From Antechinus flavipes (lineage: Eukaryota): a stretch of 64,000 bases of DNA. Location of the stretch: assembly GCF_016432865.1 (NCBI RefSeq), contig NC_067400.1, forward strand, positions 358,670,001-358,734,000, given 5' to 3'. Under the pieces are notes generated by a model. That model did not search any database. It had not been told where the DNA came from and saw only the letters and a program-made list of their open reading frames with translations. The position numbers were made by a program, and so were the translations under genes. This document shows positions 63,062 through 64,000 of this stretch, piece by piece (position 1 is the first letter of the stretch; every line of letters starts with the position of its first letter).

Positions 63062-63706
63062 TCAAAGATATGAACAAATTTCAGACGAAGAAATAAAAAA
63101 AACATTTCTACTCATATAAAAAGTTGCTCTAAATCACTATTGATCAGAGAAATGTGAATTAAGACAACTCTGTGGTACTACTACAAGCCTCTCAGATTCT
63201 GTCATGCTAAGATGACAGAAAAAGACAATGCTAATTGTTGGAGGGTATGTGGAAAAAGTGGGACACTGATACATTGTTGAACATTGTACACAGCAACAGC
63301 AAGATTATAAGATGATCATTTCTCGTGGACATGGCTCTTTTCAATAATAAGATGATTCAGGCCAATTCCAATAATTTGTGATGAAGAGAGCCATCTGCAC
63401 ACACAGAGAGGACTATGGGAACTGAATGTGAATCACAACATAGTATTTTCACCTTTTTTGTTGCTGTTTGCTTGCTTTTTGGTTTTTTCTCACTTTTTTT
63501 TCTTTTTGATCTGATTTTTCTTGTGCAGCATGATAATTGTGGAAATATGTACAGAAGAATTGCACATGTTTAAACCCATCCCCTTCCTGTCTAGGGGAGG
63601 GGATGAGGGAAGAGAAAAAGAAAAATGTAAAACACAAAGTCCTCCAAAGGTGAATGATGAAAACTATCTTTTCATACATTTTGAAAAGAAAAAATAAAGA
63701 AAAAAT
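63062..63706 (+). mobile_element. 5'-truncated L1: ORF2 C-terminal region joined to 3'UTR by an internal deletion
   Basis: Decayed translation CSKSLLIREM*IKTTL...KMTEKDNANCWRVCGKSGTLIHC (L1 ORF2 cysteine-rich region), junction near 63280 into aacattgtacacagcaacagc, then G-rich tract and A-rich end. Confidence 0.88.
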
Positions 63707-64000
63707 GTCCCAGGAAGAACTAATAAATTAGACCTTATTGGATATTTACACTTTAGTATGATGGAATTTTTAAGATTTCGCCACTCCAGGAAGAAGTCTA
63801 GATAAGAGATAATTAATAATAATATGAATTATAAATTCATTGTATTGTATTGTATAATATGAACTGTAATTCATATTTACACAACAATAGCTAATTATTT
63901 TGTGACTGCTCTTATAATAGTATACAACCATATCAGTTCCTGAGTCCTCTCAAACAATGCTTTTAAATGGACTTGTTTTACTGAAAATTGCGAAGTATGT

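Noticed and set aside
62219-63706. Twin-priming (5'-inverted) single L1 insertion joining the antisense ORF1 piece and the sense ORF2/3' piece
   Set aside because: About 340 bp of unrelated sequence separates them and the ORF1 piece has its own direct repeats, so they are independent insertions.
1-64000. CRISPR arrays, prokaryotic operons, tRNA/rRNA/snRNA genes, numts, LTR/ERV elements, CpG-island promoter
   Set aside because: None seen. The tRNA-like A/B-box motifs all belong to SINE heads, CpGs are sparse throughout, and I found no regularly spaced repeat-spacer structure.

Overview
AT-rich, strongly CpG-depleted mammalian genomic DNA. The repeat complement (MAR1/MIR-type CORE-SINEs, RTE-related retroposons, marsupial-type L1 3' ends, L2, L3/CR1, hAT MITEs) points to a marsupial, probably an Australian dasyurid; this is an inference from recalled repeat consensuses, not a database search. 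I recognise no protein-coding gene, RNA gene, CpG island or CRISPR array, so the window reads as a gene desert or a very large intron. The ORF track is mostly chance ORFs, microsatellite translations, or sense/antisense readings of decayed L1. Best observations: (1) five ATGCAAA(N) octamer/POU motifs within about 285 bp at 17.5-17.8 kb; (2) an L1-derived element with 5'UTR, ORF1 and 3' end but almost no ORF2 (HAL1-like) at 55.1-57.3 kb; (3) a tail-less L1 ORF1 fragment between exact 15-bp direct repeats at 62.2-62.7 kb; (4) a diverged local duplication of about 125-160 bp carrying CCAAT and E-box motifs at 7.0/7.5 kb; (5) an E-box-rich, GC-elevated unique block at 28.3-28.9 kb; (6) a 32-bp AT-rich quasi-palindrome at 45.3 kb. 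I cannot support a new biological system from this sequence alone. Repeat family names and most repeat boundaries are approximate.
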